Assembly (NCBI GenBank): GCA_036004985.1
Contig: DASYQX010000073.1
Coordinates: forward strand, 10,713 to 74,712
Direction of reading: 5' to 3'
Length of the DNA: 64,000 nucleotides
Source of the DNA: Gemmatimonadales bacterium
Lineage (GTDB): Bacteria; Gemmatimonadota; Gemmatimonadetes; Gemmatimonadales; GWC2-71-9
In this document: positions 34,021-43,326 of the stretch, in pieces
Position numbering within the stretch: the stretch's first letter is position 1
Layout: each line of letters opens with the position of its first letter
Translations under genes and position numbers: made by a program
The notes under the pieces: generated by a model
Databases searched by the model: none
What the model was told of the DNA's origin: nothing
The model's input: the letters and a program-made list of their open reading frames with translations, nothing else

Positions 34021-35051
34021 CGCAGCGCCTCCGCGATGAGTCGCGCGGCGCGCTCCACGTCCGCCCGGCTGGCGTCGAGGTGCGTGACCGCGCGCAGCCG
34101 GCGCGGGCCGAAGCGCACCACCAGCACGCCAGCCTGCGCCAGCCGCGGGGTCGCCGTCTCCGACGAATCCGCCTCACGCACCAGATCGAGCATCAGGATG
34201 TTCGTCTCCGGGAGGGACGGTCGGACGGCCGGACAATCGGACAGGAGCTCCGCGAGTCGGCGTGCGTTGGCGTGGTCCTCCTCGATGCGCTGCAGGTTGT
34301 GATCCAGGGCGTACAGCGCCGCCGCGGCGAGGATGCCGGACTGGCGCATGCCGCCGCCCAGCCGCTTGCGGATCTCCCAGGCGCGGGGGCGCAGCTCCCG
34401 CTTGAAGGCGAGGCAGGAGCCGACGGGGCAGCCCAACCCCTTCGACACGCTGACCATGACGGTGTCGGCGCCACGCGCCAGCCGGGAGGGCGGGACGCCC
34501 GCCGCCGCCGCTGCGTTCCACAGGCGTGCCCCGTCGAGATGCACGGGAAGGCCGGCGCTCCGCGCCGCCTGCACCAGCCCATCCATGGCTTCCGGGCGGA
34601 GCACGCGGCCCCCGGCCGCGTTATGCGTGTTCTCGACGGCGAGCGCCGAGACGCGCGGCATGTGGGGCGACGCCGGCCGCAGGGCGCCCCGCACCAGGTC
34701 GGGCGTCAGCAAGCCGTCGGGGGTTGTGATGGGCCGGATCTGCACACCCGACAGGGCGGCCGCGCCCGCGAGCTCGTAGTGGACGAGGTGGGCGTTGGCC
34801 TCGATCAGCAGCTCGGTCCCGGGGCTCGTGAGCAGCGCGACGCCCGTCTGGTTCGCCTGGGTCCCCGACGGGAAGAATAGCGCGTCTTCCATGCCGAGGA
34901 GGGTGGCGATCCGTGCCTCGAGGCGGCGGGTCGTAGGATCGCCATCGAGGACATCGTCGCCGACCTCCGCGTCGGCCATGGCGCGGCGCATCGCCGGGGA
35001 CGGTTTGGTGACGGTATCGGAGCGCAGGTCGATGCGCGGCGACGCGGTCAT
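34017..35051 (-). CDS. ltaE: low-specificity L-threonine aldolase
   Basis: IDLRSDTVTKPSPAMRRAM...GDDV..DP....LE......G.E.ALF.PSGTQANQ and SVSKGLG (PLP lysine) are typical of beta-eliminating lyase/threonine aldolase enzymes. Confidence 0.9.
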   Translation of the reverse strand: MTASPRIDLRSDTVTKPSPAMRRAMADAEVGDDVLDGDPTTRRLEARIATLLGMEDALFFPSGTQANQTGVALLTSPGTELLIEANAHLVHYELAGAAALSGVQIRPITTPDGLLTPDLVRGALRPASPHMPRVSALAVENTHNAAGGRVLRPEAMDGLVQAARSAGLPVHLDGARLWNAAAAAGVPPSRLARGADTVMVSVSKGLGCPVGSCLAFKRELRPRAWEIRKRLGGGMRQSGILAAAALYALDHNLQRIEEDHANARRLAELLSDCPAVRPSLPETNILMLDLVREADSSETATPRLAQAGVLVVRFGPRRLRAVTHLDASRADVERAARLIAEALR

Positions 35052-35917
35052 CCCAGCCGGACCCGCTGCTGCCGTCGCATCCGGATCAGGTCGTAGGTCT
35101 CCGCCACCTCGCCTCCCAGCAGGAAGACGTAGGCCGTGTAGTAGATCCACAGGAGGAACAGGAAAAAGGCGACGATATTCGCGTCCGAGGCCACGCGGTC
35201 GAAGGTGGCGAACCGCGCCACGTACAGCGTGTACAGGCGTTTGGCGATCTCGAACGCCACGGCGCAGAACAGCGACGCGACCAGCCCCGTGCGCCAGTAG
35301 ATCCGCCGGCTCGGCAGGAACTTGAAGATCAGGAAGAACACGACCGTCCCGAACGCCAACGCCCCCAGCTCGGTGCCGAAGCGCCACAGGAAGGAGTCCT
35401 TGCCGCCTCCGATCGCCGAGAGAAAGCCATTGGCGACCAGGAGCGACCCGGTGACCGCCATCATCCCCAAGTCGAGCAGCTTCGCGACCGGCCAGGGGCG
35501 GCGCTCGTCGGTGTCGAACACCTCGTTCAGGGCGGCCCGGAGGCCGCTGAACAGCCGCGTCGAGAACCAGAGGAACAGCGGCACGGCGAAGAGGGTGAGC
35601 CGGACGCGCTGCCGCACCAAGTGGCTCAGCGCTTGCTCCACGGCGCCAAACGCGTCGGCCTGCCCCTCCCGGCTGGCGACGGCCAGCGGCAGGAACCGCT
35701 GCAGCAGCTCGTGGACGTCCAGCTGGTGCGTGGCAATCTGGTGTTGTACGAGAAAGCCCACGACGGCGAGCGCCAGGCCCACGAAGGGAATGGCGGTGAG
35801 GAGGAGGTCGAACGCGAGGGCGCTGGCGAGAAAGGGGACGTTGTCTTCGTAGGCCGCCTCGAGGGTCCGCCGGACGATGCCGGTGACCGAGCGATGCCAG
35901 CCGCCTTCGCCGTTCAC
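35048..35917 (-). CDS. YihY/BrkB family membrane protein
   Basis: NVPFLASALAFDLLLTAIPF..., six TM segments, YYTAYVFLLGGEV C-terminal motif. GTGA/ATGA overlaps at both ends. Confidence 0.85.
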   Translation of the reverse strand: MNGEGGWHRSVTGIVRRTLEAAYEDNVPFLASALAFDLLLTAIPFVGLALAVVGFLVQHQIATHQLDVHELLQRFLPLAVASREGQADAFGAVEQALSHLVRQRVRLTLFAVPLFLWFSTRLFSGLRAALNEVFDTDERRPWPVAKLLDLGMMAVTGSLLVANGFLSAIGGGKDSFLWRFGTELGALAFGTVVFFLIFKFLPSRRIYWRTGLVASLFCAVAFEIAKRLYTLYVARFATFDRVASDANIVAFFLFLLWIYYTAYVFLLGGEVAETYDLIRMRRQQRVRLG

Positions 35918-36222
35918 GCGACGGGCTCGTCCCCCTCCTCGATCTCCGCCGCCGGGGCGCGCCGGCGGCGGCGCGCGGCCTGGAGCCGCCGCTGCAGCTC
36001 CTCGCGGGTCGAGCGCGGCGCCTCATCCGTCTCTTCCTCCTCGGCTTCCATCAGCCCGCGCACCTCGTCGACCTTTGCTTCGGCGGTGTCGCGGAGATTC
36101 TTCAGCCGCTTCGACAACCGCCGCCGCGTGTCTTCCCCCGCTTCGGGCGCGAACAGGAACCCCACCACGGCGCCCACGGCGACGCCGAGGAGAAACCCGC
36201 CAAAGCCCCGTCCCTCGCTCAC
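35914..36222 (-). CDS. YtxH domain protein
   Basis: GFLLGVAVGAVVGFLFAPEAGEDTRRRL is the YtxH signature, followed by a charged helical tail. Confidence 0.75.
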   Translation of the reverse strand: MSEGRGFGGFLLGVAVGAVVGFLFAPEAGEDTRRRLSKRLKNLRDTAEAKVDEVRGLMEAEEEETDEAPRSTREELQRRLQAARRRRRAPAAEIEEGDEPVA

Positions 36223-37577
36223 TCGCCCGCCTCGGCGTCATCGGGCGCCGCGACGAGGGCGGCCCGCGGCGCCGCGTGAGAGGCGAGCGGCGGGCGCACG
36301 TAGCGGTCGGTGGCCGCGCGCGTCCCCTTCACCCGCAGCTGCTCGAACAGGAACGCGAACGTCTGCTCAAGCGTCGCCCCGATCGCCGCGCGCACGTCCG
36401 CCGACAAGTCCCACAGCCGCCGCTTGAAGGGGCCGATGGCCTTCTTGCGGCTCTTGTAGATGAACTGCTCCTCCGTGTCGCCCTTCTTCCACTCGTCCTT
36501 GCACTCGGCCTTCACCCACTCGTTGATCTCCCGGCGCAGGTCGGCGGGGAGCTTCGGGTGATCGAAGACGATCGTCTGGAAATTGGTGGCGAGATGGATC
36601 TCGACCGCCTCGCAGGCGGGGAACTGACCGAACGCCTCGGGCGGCAGGGTGGAAGCGCCATGCTGTACCGCGCCACCCAGCCCGTACTTGGTCCGGGCCT
36701 CGTGCGACAGCGCCCGCAACGCCTCGAGGTCGATCTGCACCTTCGCAATCGAGCCGTCCGGCAGCACTACGCCGCCGTGGCTCGTGCCCGTCTGCACCGA
36801 GATCTTGGAGATCCCCACGTACTGCTTCCCCAGCCGCTTGAGGGTGCGGAGAAAGCCCTCCATGAACGCCTTTAACTCGTGGACGTCGCTGTTCTTCCCG
36901 CCGACCTCGCCGATTTCGGCGCCCACCGAGACGGTGACCCCGTCCGGCTCGCGGTCGCGGATGAACTGCGTGAACTCGGCCGCGCGTTCGTAGTTGGTGC
37001 GTTGCTGCTCGTCGAGGGTGGGTTTGGCGAGGTCCACCAGCGTGGAGGTGTCGACGTCGATGTTGTAGAAGCCGGCGTGCAGCTCTTCTTCGATGAGGGT
37101 CCGCAGCGCCGCCAGCTCGGCCTCGGGGTCGGCGGCGTACTTTTTGGCGTTCACCTGAACGTGGTCGCCCTGGATGAACAGCGGCCCCACGAACCCTTCG
37201 CGCAGCGCCGCCGCCGTCATCACGGCGACGTACTCGGCGGGACGCTGATCGGTGTAGGCGATCTCGCTGCGGGCGATCTCGCAGATCACCGCCCCGACCT
37301 CCAGTCGTTTGGCCGCCCGGAAGATCGCCCGGCCCGTGTCGTAGGCCAGCACGCGCACGTTGATCGCGGGCGTCGTGAAGGCCGGCACCTCGCCACGCCC
37401 GCGGGCCAGGTACAGCTCGTGGATCGAGGCGGGCCGAACGCCCGCCCACTGCCCGATCTCCCAGATCAGCCAACGGGCGCGCTCTTTCTCGTCCGGCGTG
37501 CCGAACACGGCCTGGCGCGCCAGGTCGTCCATGGCCGCGCTCTGGCGCAGCTTGGGATCGTCGAACTGTTTGAGCAC
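36219..37577 (-). CDS. fba: class II (metal-dependent) fructose/ketose-bisphosphate aldolase family protein, long form
   Basis: FTTPAINV..., PLFIQGDH..., TSHGG class II aldolase-like motifs. GGGAGG lies upstream of the GTG start. Substrate not determinable. Confidence 0.7.
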   Translation of the reverse strand: MLKQFDDPKLRQSAAMDDLARQAVFGTPDEKERARWLIWEIGQWAGVRPASIHELYLARGRGEVPAFTTPAINVRVLAYDTGRAIFRAAKRLEVGAVICEIARSEIAYTDQRPAEYVAVMTAAALREGFVGPLFIQGDHVQVNAKKYAADPEAELAALRTLIEEELHAGFYNIDVDTSTLVDLAKPTLDEQQRTNYERAAEFTQFIRDREPDGVTVSVGAEIGEVGGKNSDVHELKAFMEGFLRTLKRLGKQYVGISKISVQTGTSHGGVVLPDGSIAKVQIDLEALRALSHEARTKYGLGGAVQHGASTLPPEAFGQFPACEAVEIHLATNFQTIVFDHPKLPADLRREINEWVKAECKDEWKKGDTEEQFIYKSRKKAIGPFKRRLWDLSADVRAAIGATLEQTFAFLFEQLRVKGTRAATDRYVRPPLASHAAPRAALVAAPDDAEAGE

Positions 37578-37600
37578 GTAAGCCTCCCCGCGGAAGCAAT

Positions 37601-38398
37601 TTACGACTCGGCCACCTCGATGACCAGCCCGTCGTACGCGGGCGCGATGCCGCTCGGGAGCCGAGCCGCAAGATCGGCGTGCGGCGCGTCGTGCGTCAGG
37701 TGCGTGAGCCAGGTGCGCCGCGCGCCGATGCGCTGCGCCGTCGCGACCGCCTCCGGCACGGAGAGGTGCAACGGATGCGGCTGCGGCAACAGCGCGTTCA
37801 ACACCAGCACCTCGAGCCCCCCGAGCTGCGTCGCCACGTCGTCCGGGACCGCCTTCACGTCCGTCAGGTACGCGACCGGCCCCACGCGGTAGCCGAACAC
37901 GACACTGTGGTCGCCGTGCGGCAACGCCAGCGGCAAGATCGGCACGCCCGCCACCGTCGCGCTCCGCCCCGCCTCCAGCGTGTGCGCAGCGAGCTCGGGT
38001 TTGCTGGTGCCGGCGCGCGCCACGATCGCCGGATCGAAGATGTAGGGAAACTTCGCCACCAGCTCCGCCATCGTCGCCGGGGGGCCGTAGGCGGGCAGAC
38101 CGGCGCCGTGGCGCACGGAGATCGCCCGCAGGTCGTCGATGCCGTGCACGTGGTCGGCGTGCGCGTGCGTGAACAGGACGGCGTCCACACGGTCCACGCC
38201 GGCCGCCACGAGCTGCAGCCGCAGCTCGGGCGGCGTGTCGATCAGCAGCCGCTTGACCCCTCTGCCTCCCCCCGTCTCGATCAGCGCGGCGGTCCGCGTG
38301 CGCTTGTCGCGCGGGTCGGACGAGGTGCAGGTGCGACAGCGACAGCCGATCTGCGGGACGCCAAACGAGGTACCCGTCCCGAGGAAAATCAGCCGCAC
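37601..38398 (-). CDS. MBL-fold metallo-hydrolase (PhnP/GPMBL-like)
   Basis: FLGTGTSFGVPQIGCRCRTC and HAHADHVHGIDDL metal-binding motif. Confidence 0.85.
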   Translation of the reverse strand: MRLIFLGTGTSFGVPQIGCRCRTCTSSDPRDKRTRTAALIETGGGRGVKRLLIDTPPELRLQLVAAGVDRVDAVLFTHAHADHVHGIDDLRAISVRHGAGLPAYGPPATMAELVAKFPYIFDPAIVARAGTSKPELAAHTLEAGRSATVAGVPILPLALPHGDHSVVFGYRVGPVAYLTDVKAVPDDVATQLGGLEVLVLNALLPQPHPLHLSVPEAVATAQRIGARRTWLTHLTHDAPHADLAARLPSGIAPAYDGLVIEVAES

Positions 38399-38399
38399 G

Positions 38400-39800
38400 T
38401 CACACTTCCTCGACCTTGATGAGGTTCGTGCTGCCCGATACCTCCCACGGCACGCCGGCGGTCATCACGATCTTGTCGCCCGGTTTCGCGTATTCGCGCT
38501 TGAGGATGAGGTCGCGCACCACCGCGAGCATCGCGTCGTAGCTCGGCACCCGGTCCACCAGGACGGGGAGGACGCCCCACACCAGCGCCAGCTGGCGGTA
38601 GGTCGTGCCCTCGGTGGTCACGGCGAGAATCGGGACCGGGGGCCGCAACGCGGCGACCTTGCGAGCGGTGAATCCGCCCTTGGTGAGCGTGACGATCAGC
38701 GGGGTCTTGAGGAGGCGGGCGACCGCGTGCGTGCCCCACGCGATGGCGTCTTCCACCATGACATCCTCGCGCGGCACGAGGCGGCGCTGCTCCTCCCGCC
38801 CAATCGTGTTGCGCTCCATCTCCCGGATGATCCGGTCCATGGCGCGCACTGCCTCGATCGGATACTCCCCCGTCGCGGTCTCCGCCGACAGCATCACGGC
38901 GTCGGTTCCGTCGAGGATCGCGTTGGCCACGTCCGACGCTTCGGCGCGCGTGGGCCGCGGATGGTGCACCATCGACTCGAGCATCTGGGTCGCGGTGATG
39001 ACCGGCTTGCCGTGCCGGTTGGCCTCGCGGATCAGGCGCTTCTGGACGAGGGGCACTTGCTCGAACGGCAGCTCGACGCCGAGGTCGCCCCGTGCCACCA
39101 TCACGGCGTCGCACGCACCCAGGATCCGGTCCAGGTCGTCGAGCGCGGTCGCTTTCTCGATCTTGGCGACGAGCTTGATGGTGGGCGGCACCAACGCGCG
39201 CAGCTCAGCCAAGTCCTCCGCCCGGCGGACGAACGACAGCGCCAGGTAGTCCACGCCGCGTCCCACGCCCTCCCGCGCGTCCTCGCGATCTTTGTCGGTG
39301 AGCGCCGGAGCGGAGACGTGCACGCCCGGGAGGTTCATCCCCTTGTGGGCCGTGAGCGTGCCTCCGTCCACGACGCGACCGCGCACCCGCGGCGGCTCGA
39401 CCGCGGTCACCTCGACGGAGAGCAACCCGTCATTCAGGAGAATCCGGCCGCCCACCCGAGCGTCGTTCGCGAGACCCGAGTACGTCGTGGGCAGCTCGTC
39501 GTGGCGCGCGACCTCCTCGGGCGCGAACACGACCACCTGGCCGGGAGCGAGCTCGCGGGGCGCCGGCAGGGCGCCCACCCGGATGCGCGGCCCCTGCAGG
39601 TCGAACAGCACCGCGACCGGCACGCCCTGTTGCTCGGCCACCCGCCGTACGGTCGCGATCCAGCCCGCCCGCGCCTCCGGCGTGCCGTGCGAGGCGTTGA
39701 TGCGGGCGACGTTCACCCCGGCTTCGAGCAGCGCGGCGATCTGTGGCTCGGTCGCAGTGGCGGGACCCAGGGTCGCCACGATCTTGGTCCGGCGGATCAC
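38400..39800 (-). CDS. pyk: pyruvate kinase
   Basis: RRTKIVATLGP, NASHG, MVARGDLGVE, and ATQMLESM motifs. Confidence 0.95.
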   Translation of the reverse strand: MIRRTKIVATLGPATATEPQIAALLEAGVNVARINASHGTPEARAGWIATVRRVAEQQGVPVAVLFDLQGPRIRVGALPAPRELAPGQVVVFAPEEVARHDELPTTYSGLANDARVGGRILLNDGLLSVEVTAVEPPRVRGRVVDGGTLTAHKGMNLPGVHVSAPALTDKDREDAREGVGRGVDYLALSFVRRAEDLAELRALVPPTIKLVAKIEKATALDDLDRILGACDAVMVARGDLGVELPFEQVPLVQKRLIREANRHGKPVITATQMLESMVHHPRPTRAEASDVANAILDGTDAVMLSAETATGEYPIEAVRAMDRIIREMERNTIGREEQRRLVPREDVMVEDAIAWGTHAVARLLKTPLIVTLTKGGFTARKVAALRPPVPILAVTTEGTTYRQLALVWGVLPVLVDRVPSYDAMLAVVRDLILKREYAKPGDKIVMTAGVPWEVSGSTNLIKVEEV

Positions 39801-39888
39801 TCGATCTCCCGTACGGATGGGGGTGGCAGAAGATAGCTCCAGTTATCCACAATTGGGCTACGCTCTGGAGATGTGGAAAAGTAGGCCA

Positions 39889-40350
39889 TCACCGCACGAC
39901 TTCGAGTTGTTTCTGCTCCAGTCGCTGGCGCAGCTCAAGTAGTACGTGAATGGCGCGGGCGAGGGTGGACGCCGGCATGCCCTCGATGGCCCGCGCCGCG
40001 AGGCGCCGCTCCAGCTGTCCGACGCGCAACAGCACCTCCAGGCCGTGCCGCGTGAGGGTCACGCGGACGCCGCGGTCGTCGTCGGGATCCACGCCGGTCT
40101 CCACCAAGCCTTTCACCTCGAGGCGTTGGATGAACGTCGTGGCGGCGGCGCGGGAGACCCCCAGCTCGCGGGCGACGTCGCTGGGACGCGCCCCATCGGG
40201 GCCTCCCCGATCGACGGCCGACAGGGCGGCGTGGGCGCGATGCGACAGACCGAAGGCACGATAGGCACGGTCGCCGGCGCGCTCAATCGCCTGCTGGGCG
40301 GCGGCTACGGCGTCCGTGAGCTGCAGAGCCAGCTCGGAGCGATCGCTCAC
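39889..40350 (-). CDS. MarR family transcriptional regulator
   Basis: Winged-helix region RPSDVARELGVSRAATTFIQRLEVKGLV...DPDDDRGVRVTLT. Confidence 0.9.
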   Translation of the reverse strand: MSDRSELALQLTDAVAAAQQAIERAGDRAYRAFGLSHRAHAALSAVDRGGPDGARPSDVARELGVSRAAATTFIQRLEVKGLVETGVDPDDDRGVRVTLTRHGLEVLLRVGQLERRLAARAIEGMPASTLARAIHVLLELRQRLEQKQLEVVR

Positions 40351-40366
40351 GGTCCCCCCGAAGTAA

Positions 40367-40393
40367 TTAACATATTGACCGTCAACATATTAA
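40367..40393. promoter_or_regulatory. 27-bp AT-rich pseudo-palindrome, candidate MarR operator
   Basis: TTAACATATTGAC-C-GTCAACATATTAA, i.e. TTAAyATrTTGAC half-sites. Lies in the divergent marR / ABC intergenic region. Confidence 0.45.
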
Positions 40394-40447
40394 CTAGATT
40401 CCACCCTTCCGCAAGCCTCTCTCCCGCCCCGCCACTGCGGCCGGGAC

Positions 40448-40453
40448 TAGATT
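40448..40453 (+). promoter_or_regulatory. putative -10 box TAGATT, 8 nt before ATG 40462
   Basis: gACTAGATTggtgccccATG. A second ACTAGATT copy is at 40393-40400. Confidence 0.35.
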
Positions 40454-40461
40454 GGTGCCCC

Positions 40462-41199
40462 ATGATCGAGGTGCGGGATCTGACGAAACTGTACGGGAAC
40501 CTGGTCGCCGTCGACGGGCTGTCGTTCGCCGTCGCGCCGGGCGAGGTGTTGGGGCTGGTCGGCCCGAACGGCGCCGGCAAGACGACCACGTTGCGCAGCC
40601 TCGTGGGCATCATTCGGCCGACCCGGGGCACGATCAGCATCGGCGGGCGGGACCTCCAGCGCGACCCTGTGGCGGCCAAGCGGCAGCTCGCGTTCATTCC
40701 CGACGAGCCGCGCCTGTTCGAGTATCTGACGGTCGAGGAGCATCTCCGGTTCACCGCGCGTCTGTACGGCGTCGGGCAAGGCGACGCGGACCGGCGCATC
40801 CCCGCCCTGCTGAGCGAGCTGGAGCTGACCGAGAAGGCGGGGGCGGTGCCGGATGAGCTGTCGCGCGGCATGAAGCAGAAGCTGGCCATCGCGTGCGGCC
40901 TGCTCCACGAGCCGCAGGCGCTGTTGTTCGACGAGCCGCTCACGGGACTGGATCCGGCGGGGATGCGGCGCATGAAGCAGACGATCGTCGAGCGAGCCCG
41001 CGTGGGCGCCGCCGTCATCCTGAGCTCTCACTTGCTGCACCTCGTCGAAGAGATCTGCACGCGCGTGCTGGTAATCCATCGCGGGCGGTTGGTGGCGCTG
41101 GGCACCATCGCGGAGATCGTCGCCGCGCGACCCGACCTGCAGGGCAAGACGCTGGAGGAGGTGTTCCTGGCGTTGACCGAGCGCGGGAGCGATGCGTGA
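40462..41199 (+). CDS. ABC transporter ATP-binding protein
   Basis: Walker A GPNGAGKTT, signature LSRGMKQKL, Walker B LLFDEP. Confidence 0.9.
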   Translation: MIEVRDLTKLYGNLVAVDGLSFAVAPGEVLGLVGPNGAGKTTTLRSLVGIIRPTRGTISIGGRDLQRDPVAAKRQLAFIPDEPRLFEYLTVEEHLRFTARLYGVGQGDADRRIPALLSELELTEKAGAVPDELSRGMKQKLAIACGLLHEPQALLFDEPLTGLDPAGMRRMKQTIVERARVGAAVILSSHLLHLVEEICTRVLVIHRGRLVALGTIAEIVAARPDLQGKTLEEVFLALTERGSDA

Positions 41200-42929
41200 T
41201 CGGCGCCGCCCTGTATCTCGCCCGCCGCTCGTTCGCCAATGCGATGCGCCGCCGGCTGGCGCGGCTGCGGCAGCCGAAGTACCTCGTCGCGTTTGCGGTG
41301 GGGGTCCTGTACTACTACTGGCTGATCCTGCGGCCCCGCTCGAGCGATGGCGGGCCGGGATTCCCCCTCATCGCCGGAGAAGTGATCGCGATTCTGGGCC
41401 TGGCCGCGCTCGCCGCGACGAACTGGCTGTTTGGCAGCTCGCGCAGCCCCTTCGCCTTCACACCCGCCGAGACCCATTTCCTGTTCACGGCGCCGCTCAC
41501 GCGCCGCCAGGTGCTGGACTTCAAACTGCTGCGCTCGCAGCTCCCCATCTTTCTGTCGTCCCTGTTGTCGGTGCTGCTGTTCTCGGGCGGCCACTTCCCG
41601 GCGACGCGGATCATGCGCGTGTTGGGTCTGTGGCTCGTGTTCGCCACGCTCCAGATGCACACCGGCGTAGCGGCCCTGGTGCGGCAGAGCCTCGAGGAGC
41701 ACGGGGTGACCGCGGTGCGCCGCCGGCTCGGGGTGTTCACCGTCGTGGCGGTCGTCGCAGCGCTCACGGTGCTGACAGTGCGCCGCGAGCTCCCGGGGTT
41801 GCAGGCGGCGTTCACGCTGGATCCTCGGATCGGTTTCGACGCCCTGAGCGCGGTGTTGCACCGCGGTGTGCTGGGCGTCGTGGTGTGGCCACTGGCGGCA
41901 CTCGTCCGCCCCGCGCTGGCGCCGGACCTGGCCGGGTTCGTGGCGCGGCTCCCCGCGGCCCTGCTCGTCGTCGCGTTCCATTACGTGTGGCTCGTGCGCT
42001 CCTCGCTCGCGTTCGAGGAGGTGGCCGTCGAGGCGGCGGAGCGGATGGCGCGCCGCATCGCCGCCTGGCGCAGCGGGCGGCGGCTGGCGCCGGTCGAGGG
42101 GCGGGGCAAGCGCGCCCGCCGGGCGCTGACGCGGCTCGCCGCGACCGGGAGCCCCGCGCGCGCGATCGCCTGGAAAAACGTGCAGGCGGAGTGGCGGGGG
42201 TCGGGCGTGCGTCTTCCCGTGATCATCGGCATCGGCGTGGTCGTCGTCGCCTGGGTGGCGAGCCTGGGCGAAGCGGCGGGGACGGGACTGCAGGTGCTCG
42301 CGACGCTCTTCCTCATCTTCGGCGGCATGACGCTCGTGTTCGGACCGTACGTGCTCCGCAACGACCTGCGCTCGGATCTCCTGCTGTGGGACCTGCTGAA
42401 GGGCTACCCGGTGCGGGGGGCCGACCTCGTCGCCGGTGAGGCGCTCGGCCCGGTCACGATCCTGACGGCCGTCGCCTGGGCGTGTCTGTTCGGCGCGTTC
42501 GCCACGTCGTTGCTGCTCGACCTCCCCGCATTCCCGGTGTCGGACCGCGTGGCCGCTCTGCTCGCCGCCGCGATCGCGGCGCCGGTGGTCATCAGCGTGA
42601 CGACCTTGATCCAGAACGCGGCCGCCCTGCTGTTCCCTGCCTGGGTTACGCTGGGGCCGGCCCGGACCGCCGGCATCGAGGTGATCGGCCAGCGGCTCCT
42701 CACGATGGTCGGCAGCCTCGTCCTGATGGGGATCGCGTTGATCCCCGCCCTCCTCGTGGCGGCGCTCGGCGTCGCCGTCGGCGGACTGGCGGGCCTGGAT
42801 GGGGCGTGGCGGGCGGTGCCGGGGGCCATCGGGCTCGCGGCGACCCTGGGCGTCGAAGCTCGGCTGGCGCTCGCGTGGCTGGGACGGGTGTTCGACCGCT
42901 CAGACCCCGCCGCGGAGCTGGTCGGCTAG
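41196..42929 (+). CDS. putative ABC exporter membrane protein
   Basis: 577-aa polytopic membrane protein. GTG start overlaps the ATPase stop (GTGA). Resembles the putative ABC exporter family by architecture only. Confidence 0.7.
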   Translation: MIGAALYLARRSFANAMRRRLARLRQPKYLVAFAVGVLYYYWLILRPRSSDGGPGFPLIAGEVIAILGLAALAATNWLFGSSRSPFAFTPAETHFLFTAPLTRRQVLDFKLLRSQLPIFLSSLLSVLLFSGGHFPATRIMRVLGLWLVFATLQMHTGVAALVRQSLEEHGVTAVRRRLGVFTVVAVVAALTVLTVRRELPGLQAAFTLDPRIGFDALSAVLHRGVLGVVVWPLAALVRPALAPDLAGFVARLPAALLVVAFHYVWLVRSSLAFEEVAVEAAERMARRIAAWRSGRRLAPVEGRGKRARRALTRLAATGSPARAIAWKNVQAEWRGSGVRLPVIIGIGVVVVAWVASLGEAAGTGLQVLATLFLIFGGMTLVFGPYVLRNDLRSDLLLWDLLKGYPVRGADLVAGEALGPVTILTAVAWACLFGAFATSLLLDLPAFPVSDRVAALLAAAIAAPVVISVTTLIQNAAALLFPAWVTLGPARTAGIEVIGQRLLTMVGSLVLMGIALIPALLVAALGVAVGGLAGLDGAWRAVPGAIGLAATLGVEARLALAWLGRVFDRSDPAAELVG

Positions 42930-43288
42930 CAGGTCTCGGACCAGTCCACTTCGGACACGCGGGTGCACCGCGTGCATTTCAGCGTGACAGGCGTGCCCGC
43001 GAAGTCCTGCCGCTCGTGACAGGCGGGGCAGACGGCGTAGGTCGTGACCACGTCGTGTCCCCCACCGAGTGTGGGGCGGAGCACGCCCGTGCGCAGGACG
43101 ACGCTCCAGCGATCCGGCGGCACGACGCGTACCTTGACGTCCACGAGGCTCAGGCGCACGGGCCGCTGGCCCACTTCGAGCACGACTTTGCCGTCGGGGG
43201 TCTCTTCCAGGATCGGGTACCACGCGCCACGGCGCAGGATGTCCGCAACGTTGTCCTGACAGCGGGCCCAGCCGAGGGAACGCTTCAT
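42926..43288 (-). CDS. zinc-ribbon protein, unknown family (paralog 1)
   Basis: GWAR...LRRGAWYP...PPDRWSVV...TYAVCPACHERQ...LKCTRC. Roughly 40% identity by eye to 43993..44376. Confidence 0.7.
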   Translation of the reverse strand: MKRSLGWARCQDNVADILRRGAWYPILEETPDGKVVLEVGQRPVRLSLVDVKVRVVPPDRWSVVLRTGVLRPTLGGGHDVVTTYAVCPACHERQDFAGTPVTLKCTRCTRVSEVDWSETC

Positions 43289-43298
43289 GCGGGGGCCC

Positions 43299-43321
43299 AA
43301 TCTAGCACAAACAACTAGATT
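43299..43321. promoter_or_regulatory. back-to-back divergent -10 boxes forming a 7-bp inverted repeat
   Basis: AATCTAG-cacaaacaa-CTAGATT. TAGATT lies 10 nt before ATG 43288 (minus strand) and 5 nt before ATG 43327 (plus strand). Confidence 0.4.
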
Positions 43322-43326
43322 TCGTT

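Noticed and set aside
34153-34240. GGTCGGAC / GGCCGGAC / AATCGGAC words inside ltaE that resemble the dnaX repeat arm.
   Set aside because: Only one clear arm is present. The segment encodes a normal, expected part of the threonine aldolase C-terminus (..CPAVRPSLPETN..). It is likely a by-product of VRPS-type codons rather than an inserted element.
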